A stretch of DNA of 62,418 nt, the filler included, from Porpidia crustulata (taxonomy: Eukaryota), in assembly GCA_964255105.1 (NCBI GenBank). It is 13 parts of 13 records of this genome, joined end to end, with 100 filler letters (N's around TTAATTAATTAA, not from the genome) between each part and the next. Parts side by side here need not be neighbours in the genome. Positions count along the whole stretch, not along the records: positions 48,160 to 52,847 come from CAXUWE010002015.1; positions 52,948 to 57,634 come from CAXUWE010002016.1; positions 57,735 to 62,418 come from CAXUWE010002017.1; 10 more parts are not named here. One strand, written 5' to 3'. Each line of letters opens with the position of its first letter. Positions within the stretch are counted from its first letter, which is position 1. Positions 50,401-62,418 of the stretch are shown here, in pieces. The position numbers and the translations under genes are program-made. The notes under the pieces are model-generated. The model was given only the letters and a program-made list of their open reading frames with translations, was not told where the DNA came from and ran no database searches.

Positions 50401-51797
50401 GGCGGGCGACGATGATGGAGCGCTTCCTAATGACGCTCAGTTCTAATACCAGCAATTAATGGATTCGATAGTTTTACCAAGATTTCGGGCAGTGATGGTT
50501 ATTATGTCGGAAAGGTCAAGCCTGGACATTAAGAAAGATTATTGTCTGCTTAGTGGATCAAGCTGTTTTGCTGTTGCAGATGATCCGATGCTTGTACTTC
50601 TTGACAAGCGAGTCAACTCATGAATATGTAGTCCGAAGATGGAATGCTTCACTTGAACATGCAAGTGGATGTTGAGTTGTTCCTGATAGTGGCAAATGGA
50701 TGGCCCTTTTGGCCCTGAATTCAGGTCTTGGTGACGCTGACGATCCAGCCCACCACCACTCACGACTCACCCACTCTTGGAATTGGAATCCGCGTTATCC
50801 GATTCGACACGGCTGAACACTTTGAGCGTACGCTTTCCAGTGTATTGGTGGAATACCTGACGACAGACTTCAGTGATCAATGCGATGAGTTTCGCAGGAC
50901 GCAGTACGATGAATTGTGTAGTTTGGCGTTTGGAGCTGGCCAAAGCCCTGGAGCGAGTGGTGATAAAGCAGGGGGGGAAGAAAAGCGTCCAGGTCAGGGA
51001 GGAGATGTGCGCTAAGTCAGAGTACTCGGCTGACTAGCCCACATCAGGCTTAAAAGCTCCTACTTATTGCCCTTTGACCAATGCAGTAATCGCATCGACT
51101 TAGTGGTTGTTAATGCTTTAAAGTGTAATGATAATAAATAACAAAGTCAATGCGCTGCGATCACTGCTATGTTGTTATTTAGAAGGGGTCTATCAACCAC
51201 TTCACTCTTGTGCTCGATCATCAGTCCGTATGATTAGCTTCACACGAATGATTCCTTGCATCATCATACCTATATAGCCATATTGTCTCTTCTGCTATCA
51301 GATCAGCTTACGAGTTAACCTATGAAGAGCGGATCATACTCTAATCATACAAGATGAAGATCAAGTCTCCTACCGATGCGAGCCGCAACCACAACAACTG
51401 GAATTGTTCACTAATGAATTTCGCTTATCAACAAGCCTGATTCCACCTCTCGCTTCCTAATTAATCGGGAGGCGACAGAAGCGTCGCGGTCAATGCTCAT
51501 TGGTGTGCTTTTACCCTCTCTCCACCTCCAACCTCCTCTAACCTCCTCAGAGGCTAGAGGCTCCTTCTCACTCTATCACGCTAGGGCCGTTTCCCGACGA
51601 TTGACGGATTGTGGCCGTACACCCACCGCACCCCATTAGTGCCATTATACGCCTCATATCTCAATCGGCTTAGGAAGTTCCGAATCAATAATCATCGCAG
51701 CCCTCCGATGCTTGGCTTTTAGCTCGCTGGATATTTCTTACAGATCTTACACTGTGACAGTATCGAGCTTGACTGGCTGAGAAGTCTTGGAGCTGCC

Positions 51798-52792
51798 ATG
51801 GCTGACAATGCCGCTGTCGCAGCCCCAAATCCCATCGTTTTCTTTGACCTAACCCTAGGAGGTGAGCTTGACCTTCTCTCTTCACATTTTTTCACTTTGT
51901 GTACAAACATGATTTTGCTTTAGATAGAAGAGGATGTGGATACGATTGTCTTGAATCTGATATGTTCCAATAACATCTATGTAATTGTCTGGTCCGCTAT
52001 AGCGACGAAAATTCCGCATCTCAAAATCTATCTGCTCCCCTTTTTTGGCCCAAAGCAAGCCGTGAAGCCCACGATGTCTATTTCATACCCTTACCCACCA
52101 TTCCCTAACACCTAGAACCCTAGGGGAGCCCCTCGGCCGGGTCAAAATGGAGCTTTTCGCAGACACTACCCCCAAAACCGCCGAGAACTTCCGCCAATAC
52201 TGCACCGGCGAGACCAAGAACCCCCAAGGCTATCCCCAGGGCTACAAAGGCAGCAAGTTTCACCGAGTCGTCCGTTCCCCTCCCTCTTTCCGTTGCCCCA
52301 GAGTTGTATTGACTGATCCGATGGCGTGCCAGATCAAAGAATTCATGATCCAAGGCGGCGATTTCCTCAACGGCGACGGCACCGGTAGCGCCTGCATCTA
52401 CGGCACCAAGGCCTTTGCCGACGAGAACTTCAAGCTTAAACACGACGTCGCGGGACTTCTTAGCATGGCCGTACGTCCCATTCCCCACTCTCTCCACATC
52501 CTAACCCTGCACACCACTCTTCTTTCCCTCCTTTCCCCCCTTACACAATCCACCCTGACAAACGCCAAACCTAACATCTTCCCCCCCTTCACACCTCCAG
52601 AACTCCGGCCCCAACACCAACGGCTGCCAATTCTTCATCACCACCGTCGAAACCCCTTTCCTCAACAACAAACACGTCGTCTTTGGCCGCGTCACCGATG
52701 GCATGGACGTCGTCCGCAAGGTCGAAAACACCCGAACCCGCGGCGAGAAACCGGCCGCCGACGTCGTGATTGCGCAGTGTGGTGAGATGTAA
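51798..52792 (+). CDS. Cyclophilin H (U4/U6 snRNP-associated PPIase, PPIH/Cyp3-like), 3 introns
   Basis: [64 protein letters not shown], ending AQCGEM*. Confidence 0.92.
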
Positions 52793-55373
52793 GATGGAGG
52801 GTTTTGGGAGTTGAAGAGATGGGAGTCAGGGGGGGCCAGGGGGCGAGNNNNNNNNNNNNNNNNNNNNNNNNNNNNNNNNNNNNNNNNNNNNTTAATTAAT
52901 TAANNNNNNNNNNNNNNNNNNNNNNNNNNNNNNNNNNNNNNNNNNNNGTGTGTGTTGTATGTATTTAAAATGTCATATCGTGAATCAGCTTTGTATAAAA
53001 CACCATCATCCTCTTAGAGGAAAATCATATCCCTTTAATCAAGAGTGTTATATCCTCTTCTAAGGGAGGATCCATCGGCAGCTTTTCCTCGATTACAAAA
53101 TTACAAGAATCATACACATTGAAGCTGTTGATTTGATATGTACAAATGTGCAGATCTCTAGAGAATAAAGAGCGAGCAGGAACGAGAGCCGAGTGAGTAC
53201 GATTGAAAAGTGTCAATGAAGAAAAGCTACATCATCCTCAGAATGAATTTGGGATTATGAGCATAATACCATCTTGAAATCTTATAGATTCTTCCCGAAA
53301 CGTCAATTTCTGTCGAAAAAAATGCGCTATACAATTTCTAAGCTGTTCAAGGGATTGAGAAGCCAATCTCGCGGAATGGATGATAGAACGAGGTATTCGG
53401 AACAAAGAAAAAATGAAACGAACAGAATTCGTATCTTCGTTCAATACGATGACAATTCAAGCCGGCAGAATAACAATTCTGCAGGGCGACCCTTAAGGTT
53501 TTCAAGTAACGCCCTTTCTCGCAAGTGAACCGTAGCTGTCAATATGGATATCTTCGGATTGCATGCTTAAGCAAGTCCGGAATCCGGTCTGCGATTGTTC
53601 AAGGTACTGTAGGTTTGAGCTTTCATGGGCATAAAATCGTAGTATATTGGGATTGCGATGTTTCGATAGGGGTTGATGGGAGTTTGGACTGGTATTTCGA
53701 TATAGTTGTAGAGGAGAGGGATTATAGAGAAGAGGGGTTTTACAGAAGTTCAAATGCGAAGGTCGACTTTCTATTACTTGGTACGACATGTTTTATCCGG
53801 TCAGAGCTGCGAAAAGATTGCTCTTTTGTTGATTGCATTGACACTTTCCTGAGACGATGAGATATAAATCATCTAAATTCTCAATTTTTCGCCATCCTTA
53901 TTGGGACAATGCCCTGCAATGGATGCGTCAAATACTTACATGCACGAAGATGGAAGAGAGACATTATGGACTTCTGACAGCGAGGAGTTGAGTAGGAATG
54001 ATACCGCTGTCCCAAATTTCTCATTGGATCGGAGTTATGAACAAAGACATTGACGTCAGGCGGAGGTCATGGTCCCACCGAGCAACATGACTCACTTCGG
54101 GTGGGTGGCTGTGATGAAAATCACTTATTATCCATGTTTTGAATACTGGGTATGATGTAATCGATGCCTCCTTACTCTAGGACGATTGCAGTGTCCTCTT
54201 CGTCTTCTGTGCAACGTTTCGTTTTATCTTCTCTATTCCTGGATCCAATGACGTAATTGCAGCAAGACCACCTTGACGTTACCGCAGCACACGCGTAACA
54301 TCTAGTAGTATCAACGACAACCCTAAACAAAGCTGAAACGGGTGAATTAGAAGATTCTTGCTCCTGTGAGGCGTTGATGCGAAAAAGGCCAGACATCATG
54401 TTGGTCGGTGGTCGGTGGTTGATTTAAGGATGTCGCGGATGGAGATCCCCTCTCTCCAGTGCAGGTTCACTCTCCCCAACCGCTCAGCCACTCGGGGATT
54501 GGCTTCCTAGCGGTGGATGGTAGCACCCTAGGTTCGCGTTATGCTAGGTTGGGATAGAGGTGGATGGGATTGTCTGGGATACTTGGTGGCTTGTTATCGG
54601 TTTCATCCATTCACATCGTTCAATGAGACAGGGAGGATGGGTGAGGTCGTTGGGATAGGAATAACCTGGAAGGGCTGAGAAGCATCGATGTGTTAACAGG
54701 CACAGGCAAGATAAAATTTCAGTCTCCAATTATAATTACTATCATCCAAATATGTTACAACGTGCATCGTCTGCTGTTGCTCTGCGTTGCGACCTTCCCG
54801 CTCCCTGCGCTGTAAATGACAATGCCCTCGCCGACAATGACGTCCGCCGCAATTCCAGGATTCCCGAATGTGGCAGGAGTGGCAGGGAACCTTCTCGCAA
54901 ATAGCCTCATAGCCATGGGAATTCACTCCAATTGTGTACCGTGTATACATGTCTGTGTGTGTGACGCAACTTGTACAACAATCGACCGATGCAAGCTGTC
55001 CCAACTTTTAATACTGCTCCCTCGCCACTCTTACAACAAAAATGAAATCTCTTCACATCTCTGATTGTTGTGCGGTACCTGAATTCGTTGGATTTTTTCC
55101 TGTTTGTTCTTTTGTTGAAATAGTGAAGCAGCGTTCACGGATGTGTTCACCACCAACGCAGTGTTCCAGCCTCATGACTTTCTCGCCCAACGCACCTTCT
55201 ATGAAATCAGCTCGACTATAAATTCCGAAAACTTCAGCTCCAATTTAGACAGACAGAGAACATAATTCCCTTACGCAGATTCTCGCACGGTTTTGTCTTC
55301 CTAACCTCTTCGCCATCGATTACCCTCGACATCTCTTATCAAGTACCTCTGGCAATCTCCGCGCTTTGACAAG

Positions 55374-56859
55374 ATGGAGTACTTTCCACTCTTCGTCTGC
55401 CTCTGGTAAGCCACTTCCAAGGTCGGTTCCGGTTGTACTTTGTTAACGTCCTCTTACAGGCTCTGGCGATATGTCCGTACCATTGTCCATGTCTTCGCCG
55501 CTTGGACCTATAAACCGATCGCTCCTGTCTTTCCACCTAAATTCACCAGCAAGGACGCAACGGTGATTATCCCAACGCTTGGCGACAACGAAGACTTTAG
55601 TCGCTCAATTCTGTCCATTGCAGCGTGCAACCCCCAGACCGTCGTCGTTGTCACCCCCAAGACGAACGTCAACCGTATCAAGCAGCTATGCGACAATCTC
55701 AGCCTCGGCCATGTCAAAGTCCTTGGGGCAGAGCAGGCAAATAAGCGACTCCAAATGACTCAAGGTCTCGAGTCAGTCAAGACATCCATTACCGTCTTCG
55801 CGGACGATGATGTATTCTGGCCAAATACCTTCCTAACCTATCTTCTGGCACCTTTCGAATCACCCGATACAGGTGCAGTTGGCGGATACACATGGTAATT
55901 CCCCGTATCTTGAAGTATATTTTGTAATTGTAGTTGACATGTCTCATAGTCTTGAACGACCTGCTAATCCAAACTTTTGGGAGTTCATCAGTATCGCTTA
56001 CCTAGAGCGCTGGAATTTCGAAGTCAGTGCTACAGCACACATCGACGGTGGGATCTCGTGTCTTTCTGGACGAACTTCCGCCGTTCGTACAAGCATTGTC
56101 CAAGATACAACATTCACCGACCATTTTTCCAACGAGAAGTGGCTGGGAAATATTAGCCTATTGGCGGCAGACGACGACAATTGCATCACCCGCTGGCTCG
56201 TCAACCACAATTGGAAGATCAAGATCCAATGTGCCCCGGAAGCCCGATTAACCACTACGCTCGAGAGCGACTCGAAATTCCTTGAACAGTGTGTGCGTTG
56301 GTTCCGTACGACGTGGCGTAGCAATTTGACGTCCTTGTTTGTGGATCGCGTCATCTGGAAGGCTCAGCCATGGTCCACCTATGCCCTACATCTCTCCACC
56401 TTTAACCCGCCAGCCTTGATCATGGACGGCCTCCTTGCATATCTTCTCAAGAAAACTCTCGACACCACTCAAGAGCACAAGTATAAGCCGACCAACTTTG
56501 TCGCTTTCGGTCTCTTTGCCCTCTGGCTTCTTATGGTCAAGACCGTAAAGCTTTGGCCCCACTTCTACCGCCATCTCTCGGATCTCAAGTTCCTCCCAGC
56601 CCAGATCCTCTTCGGCTACTTTCATGGTGCCATCAAGATCTACACGCTCTTCACCTTGCATACGACCACCTGGGGTGGTGGGCACTGCTCGGTTGTCGAA
56701 TTGATGAATTCAAGCGCCGAGAGCTCTGGATCTTTGCTTCAAGGATCAGGCTATGAAGCGTTGGAACGAACCGGAGCCATGCGCTACATCAATTCAGCCA
56801 CCGACTTGAAGATGGACTTGAATCTGAAGAAGCAATTTTCTATGCAGGGATCTGATTGA
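55374..56859 (+). CDS. GT2 processive glycosyltransferase, Cps1/hyaluronan-synthase-like polysaccharide synthase (2 introns)
   Basis: VIIPT, ANKRLQM, FADDDVFWP, CLSGRT, DDDNCITRW, QCVRW (QxxRW) and C-terminal TM segments. Confidence 0.88.
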
Positions 56860-57734
56860 AACAGTGACCGTTGGGCAAGAAGGTGGACATGAAAAGTACA
56901 TAGTCTCAACCTGGACTATTGTCACACCTCCACCAACAACAACCGACTTCCACGCGCCCCGCCCCCAATACAGCGAAGTCGGACATGAATAGGTGGTAGT
57001 GCAGACATCAGGAGTTCCTCATTCTATCATCACAGCTTTCCAGTACTTTGTTATCAATTCAGCAAGCATCATTAGCAAAGGCGAAAGTGTGCTTGTTCAC
57101 GGTCGAGGGGCAGATGGGATGATACACCAGGTGCGCGGAAACGGTCAAGTCGGTGCTTTTCTCTTTCTTGGCTTTTTTTCAGATGGCATAGGGAGTGTAC
57201 GGCCGTGGGATTGATGTATCATTAGAACCAAAAATCTTTTTGCTCATTGAGTGGATGTTAGTGCAGTGCAGTGATGTTTGCTTATGCTGTGTTGGTTATC
57301 GAAAATGCCTTTGTATCTGTGCGGGGTTCTACACTACTCCTTCTCACCCCTCAATGGGTCATATATCCTAGGGTTAGGGTTGTTGATGAACCGTTGAGGT
57401 TGGCAATTTTCCTCACGACTATCTGCCTTATTAAAACCAAGTGTTGGATCCGTTGATAATGGAAGTGCGATAGATCATGATAATGAGGGGTTTCTTTAAC
57501 CTTGGATAATCGATATGATACTAGAGATGTATCGCGTGGTGCGGGTTAAGGGCGGGTCTAGAGATGTCAAAGAAGGTTGTTTGGTTTATATGCTGGCACG
57601 GCTGGATGGTTATGTGTAAAGTAGGTTGCGTTTCNNNNNNNNNNNNNNNNNNNNNNNNNNNNNNNNNNNNNNNNNNNNTTAATTAATTAANNNNNNNNNN
57701 NNNNNNNNNNNNNNNNNNNNNNNNNNNNNNNNNN

Positions 57735-58695
57735 ATCTTGCCCAAACTTCCCGACGGTTCCGACTTCACCCACACCCTCCCCTCCCTCGGCCACGTCCCC
57801 ATCTTAGCCCAAAAAGCCCGACTATCCAACACTCTGCCCAACCCCTCCGGACCCCTTGGCAAAGCCCTGACGCCCTCCTCCTCCATCAGTTCACCCACCC
57901 ACTTTCCATACTCCAACTCTTTCGCTTTTTCCAGTCCCGGGATGTCTTGTTCACGGGTCTTGGCGTCGATCGCTCGCGTGCGCGCCTCGGCGCCCCAGTC
58001 CTGGATGAGGTCCCACCAGTCGTAGACGCGGAGGTCGGTGAGGAGCCAGCGCTTGTTGAGGGTGAAGGAATTGTGAACGGCGAGAATAGCACGGGCGACA
58101 TCGGCGCCGTGGATGAGGTGGAGGGCTGGTGTGGGGTTAGCCAGTGCAATAGTTCCTCTCCAGTAAGGGGATGCAAGATATGCAACTCGCCTTTCTTCCC
58201 CTTGACCTGTTCCTTTGTCGTGGCAACCCTGGTGACCCAATTTCTCGGATCTCTCTCCCCTCCGTACAACCCCGCTAGATTCAAGACACAACCACCGAGC
58301 TCCATCAATTCATCTTCTGCAATCGCCCTCCCGTCGTCTTTGTTGTACGAGCTCTCGCAGTCGTTCCAATGTAGCGCCGAGAAGATCCCTGTGCTCCCCA
58401 ATTGTATCCAATTGTTTCTCTCCCCATGCACTTGCCGATACAGCAATATTATCTGCTTCGATTGGCCATGGCCTTTGAGAGGAAATGTAACGAGAACGGT
58501 CTTTGCTGAGGGGAGTATGAGGTACTGTGCTGCGGAGGAGGAAGAGGGATCGTAGCGGAAGGGGATGGTGCCACCGTGACCTGTCGTGGTCGTTGCGGCG
58601 AAGGTGGTGGATGAGGATTTGAGGAGGGGGATGAGGAAGGTGGAGGTCCAGCCAGCGCCGAGGATGAGAATATCGACAGGGTCAAATATTGACAT
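57735..58695 (-). CDS. Atypical NAD(P)-binding Rossmann-fold (extended SDR-like) protein; 1 GC-AG intron; reaches the contig end
   Basis: DILILGAGWTSTFL, WIQLGSTGI, VLNLAGLYG, |ALHLIHGADVARAI, RWLLTDLRVYDWWDL. Confidence 0.8.
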
Positions 58696-59227
58696 TTCGT
58701 TAGAAGTTGGATTGAGTATTCGGATGGTGGAGGGTGGGTTCTACTCGGACGGTGTCGATGTCGTCGATGGTCTTATGCGCTAGGCTCAATCCGTATGCAA
58801 CGATGAGGGTGGGAGTTCGCCGTTTGAATACGCGTTGTGCTACATTGAACATTCTCATCTTCATATTTCTAGTGATCAGGTAGTATGGTGGACGAGGTGT
58901 TTATTAGGGATTTTTGTAGAGAAGCGGTAGCAATAGGTTTGATAATGTCAGCTTTATATGCCGAAAACATGAAGCAGAAAGGATAGCCATCCACGTTGAC
59001 ACTATGTTGCGGACAGCAATAGTGAGCTCCCAGGCTCGCAGTGCCCCACGCCACCACATCCTTTGAACTTCCAGGTTCTTTTCCTCCAGTGTTATCACAT
59101 ATAGAAATACAATCCAAAGCCACCATGACCCCTAACAACTTCTATCGTACAAACCCTAGAGCCACCGTCATCCAGTCATCAAAGACATACCCAAGTAGAT
59201 CGAACCCAGCCCATCAGACTAATCACA

Positions 59228-60577
59228 TCACCTTCTTCGAGCATCCTTCGAAACACTTTTCCTGCTCCCGATCGAGGTCCGGTTCAGCGAGTGGCTAGTC
59301 CTGAGTCGCATAGCCCGACCCGTCGCAGCCCTAAGAGGGCGCGCCAAGGCAGGGCTGCAGAGCAGAAGACGTCGCAACAAGCTGACGCGAACTGTCGGAT
59401 TCGGTCGCAATAAAGTGTTCAAAGTAGTTCTCCGATTGGTACGTGAATTCGTCGTGTTGGTTGATGTCATCGTAGGCGTGGTCGTCCTTGGAGGTTTGGA
59501 AGAGTTGGAATTCGGAGTCGGCATGAGGTTGGCAGGCGTCGAGATCAACCATCTGATCAAAAGAAAAAGCATCGGTGTCTTCGCTGGAGTTATCGTCGGT
59601 AGTGGTGAGCCCGTTCGCAAAGAATTGAAGATCAGGTGGAGGGGATGTAGGAGATTCGAACAGACGGCCATAATCAACATCTGCGAGTACAGGTGCCTTG
59701 AAATCAGGGACTCCATCTGTGCTTTCTGGGACCACTGGGCTTCGTCGAGAGTCGTGGGAGGATTCGAAACTAGCCATGCTCCGGACTGACACTGCAGGCC
59801 ACACAACATCTCAGCAGGATGTTGTGTCATGTCCGGAGAGGTGGTCATAGATTCTAAGCCCAAGGCGTTCAACGGCGACGGTGAGCGGGATGATATGGAG
59901 GATGACGGCTCGGGTGAAAAAGATGAGCCGAGTGAGGCTTGTGGGGTTGGTAGAGCAAATGGATAGTCGTCAAGCTCTTGCTTGATGATTTGTTGATGGA
60001 GACGATCGGCTTCGAGGTTTGGTGATGGAGCTCCAGAGCTGGCCATGGGTGTTGCGATAGATCCACCTTGCTTGAAGACTGACATCTCGGCTGCCATCTT
60101 GGCCACTTGTTGGGTAAGCTTGAATTTCTGGTGCTCGACAGTCATCAGGCGCTCCTTAAGTAGCGCGTTTTGCTGTTCGATTGCATACTTCTCGCCCTCG
60201 AGCTTTTCAACTTCTTGTCGTTTTCGTTCGCGAGAGGATTGTGCAGCCTGACGGTTTCGGAGTACCCGCTCGATCCGGCGTTGCTCTTTCTCGTCTTCTG
60301 TCTTGGCTCGTTTTCTAGTGTCATCAGCTTTAGGATTATAGAATGGGATTCGTTATTCATACCTTGGAGGAAGGTTGGTCTTTGGGGTAGGAAGTTCCTG
60401 GCCCCATGACTTGCGCTTCTTCGTGGGTTTTTTATCGTCATCCTCATCTTTGATATCGTCGTAGATTGATTCTGGCGTCGACGGTGTTATTAAGTTTGTC
60501 TCGGCCAGTGACACAGTAGCTTGAGGAGGGTAAAAGTCTTCGGTCTCGAAGACAACAGGCGAAAAGTCGTCGGCCAT
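59228..60577 (-). CDS. HAC1: UPR bZIP transcription factor Hac1/HacA (unspliced form ends at 59228; Ire1-spliced form ends at 59331)
   Basis: KKRKSWGQELPTPKTNLPPR|KRAKTEDEKEQRRIERVLRNRQAAQSSRERKR and DMTQHPA. Confidence 0.95.
59795..59814 (-). other. Unconventional 20-nt Ire1-excised intron of HAC1
   Basis: CATCCTG|CTGAGATGTTGTGTGGCCTG|CAGTGTC. Both junctions fit CNG'CNG, and ACACAACATC pairs with GATGTTGTGT. Removal shifts the frame to HPAVSVRSMASF... Confidence 0.93.
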
Positions 60578-60822
60578 TATGATGTTGTGTGATAAAGGTT
60601 GAAGGTTCGGGGGGGAGTTTGTAACGTCGGTGGTCCGGGGCAGTGTGTTAGATTTCTTTGGTGGTTGATTTTCTCTTTGAGCGTTCTGTCTCGAGGTTCA
60701 AATTTATCGGTATATTTGGTACAGATGCCGACAAGTAAATGGTGTCAGAAAGAGGCTTGTTCAAGGGGTTTGGGCAAAGATGAGAGAGCTTGCTGCCTAG
60801 GAGTATGGGTCAAGGTCGAAAA

Positions 60823-61002
60823 GGACACGTATAGTAACGAAGGATACAGCGCATGGCAAAATAGACGAGATAACGTGACACAAGGAACTTAAAGGGACAA
60901 GGGTTATGATACACTGCTGGGCTTCTATGAACAGTAGGCAGATAGGAAAATATTGAACGAACAAGGTGAGGTGCGGAGGACTTATAAGTTGCCAGGTGTC
61001 CT
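60823..61002. promoter_or_regulatory. Candidate UPR elements upstream of HAC1
   Basis: GGACACGTA at 60823-60831 (reverse complement TACGTGTCC). GCCAGGTGTCCT at 60991-61002 (reverse complement AGGACACCTGGC). Confidence 0.45.
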
Positions 61003-62418
61003 CTTATGACTTATAGAAAAGGGGGGGGCCGTAAAGGATTTTACAGGAATGCACTGCGCATTTAATACGATACACCTCCTCGCCTCCCTGCTTTGTGTCT
61101 AAGACACTACCTAGTAATACCGCATTTCGCTTACTATCATTTAACTCCATTCGATTTTCGTCTTTGCGCTCTTCGGAAATCAGTAGTCGTCAGCCTGATC
61201 CCCCGAAAGTCTCACACCGCACCCTCCGTTTCACCATTCGCTACGCCCCCGTTTTGTTGCAAGCGGCGCAATCATCGACGGAACTGCGTTTCACAGTCGT
61301 CGCAACCATCACTGCCCATTTCTCTATTTTTTCCGATAATGTTCGGCTCCTTTTTCTCTTCACTACTGCAAATATTACTGTTATAATCATATTTAGGTAA
61401 TCAACACGGTAAGAAAACCTCATTTCAGCCTTCGGCCCCTAGCATCTCTCTGCTCGTAAGTGGTGGTACGACGCAACGCTGACTGGACCGTATACATCCC
61501 TTTTGAGTTCCACCGCGCAGGTGCCTCGGCAGTCATCAGATCAGCTCGGGGGCCTCAGCAGATGCCACAGCAGGTGCCACAGCGGGATCGGGTTCCTCAA
61601 AGGCCTAAAAGGGAAACACCAATGTTTGTCATGCCGTAGAGGTTGCTTCCAATTTGAGGAGTGTCTGTGCACTTCGAAACCAACGCGAAGAAATGGTTTG
61701 GCACGTTGTTGCTGTATCTTTACCACATCCTGTCTATTTCTGCTCACATCAAATTACTATGGAATAACATGAGACACCCGCACCTCATTGTCGTCCGCCC
61801 GTCCCGTCGATGGCCGCAGTTGTTCGGGGAAACGCTAGGTTTTATAAGCCCGGCCTGCTGACCCCTGCGATGCCCGCCTCTCATCGTCCCTGGCCAATCA
61901 CCCAACTTAACAAAATAAATATCAAAAGCTTCCATTAACAATAACAACCCTTGATGAAAAACTTATCAGCAGGCAACCTGAATTGAAACGATGCCAGCTC
62001 CAACAGAAATATTATAGTATAAGCATGTCACGCCATGCCTCCGGAAGGTCAGGATACAAATAGATAGATCAATCCAACAGCCCAACAACGATGGCGCAGT
62101 CCTTCCTTGCCCACAAGCTTCCACCTCCCCACTTCCTTCAACCAATCTTAAACACAAAAAACCAGACGGCCGTGCCCAGCGATGTCGAATCCGCTAGCCC
62201 CAAGTATTGAAATCCTGCAGGATCGAAACCATCGTCATAGTCATTCCCAGAGAAAGTTGTGGGAACTATTTCTAAATTCGCCAATTTTCCTACCTTGTGT
62301 GCTTGTTGCCGACTCGCCTCCAAACCTCACAGAACGACAGAAAGGAAACAGAACTCACCTCAAAAATCCTCCCACTCCCCGCTCTTTGCCTCTTTCCCCT
62401 AAAATATATCCTTTCCCC

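Noticed and set aside
54816..55064. 82-aa Cys-containing ORF upstream of the GT2 gene
   Set aside because: The cysteines come from a TG-rich tract. No other coding evidence.
19359..57634. Possible gene cluster (GMC oxidase, P450, SDR, transporter, esterase, GT2)
   Set aside because: The genes are mostly on different contigs that are ordered only by length, so there is no evidence of linkage.
4751..57734. Regularly spaced TTAATTAATTAA palindromes every 4.8 kb, resembling a repeat array
   Set aside because: They sit inside N runs and are synthetic six-frame-stop linkers. They are not CRISPR or biological repeats.

Overview
This is eukaryotic DNA from a filamentous ascomycete (Pezizomycotina). 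Evidence: short GT-AG introns with CTRAC branch points and fungal gene families. The window is not one locus. It is 13 unrelated contigs of about 4.7 kb (1-4750, 4851-9595, 9696-14431, 14532-19258, 19359-24084, 24185-28885, 28986-33684, 33785-38478, 38579-43270, 43371-48059, 48160-52847, 52948-57634, 57735-62418). They are ordered by decreasing length and joined by artificial 100-nt N44-TTAATTAATTAA-N44 linkers, so adjacency across linkers has no biological meaning. Most contigs carry housekeeping or conserved genes: VPS60, SIT4-associated SAP, ceramide synthase, UVRAG/VPS38, MHR1, RPS2, SAM37, a GMC oxidoreductase, a ZUFSP/Mug105-type DUB, a formin, RPL26, archaemetzincin, a sugar porter, MRP2, an SDR, an SGNH-type protein, a RING-H2 ligase, cyclophilin H, a GT2 synthase and HAC1. 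I found no convincing multi-gene novel system. The best leads are five. (1) A 30-aa proline-rich microprotein ORF with an SH3-ligand motif, missed by the ORF track. (2) HAC1 with its 20-nt Ire1 intron, a long dual-coding region and a TAG that seems to cut off a conserved tail. (3) A first contig made of decayed gene fragments, including two SNF2 remnants and a RING-like ORF. (4) A 10-mer at nearly the same position upstream of two cytosolic ribosomal protein genes. (5) A P450 pseudogene that lost its heme cysteine. All family calls come from reading motifs by eye; no database search was run.
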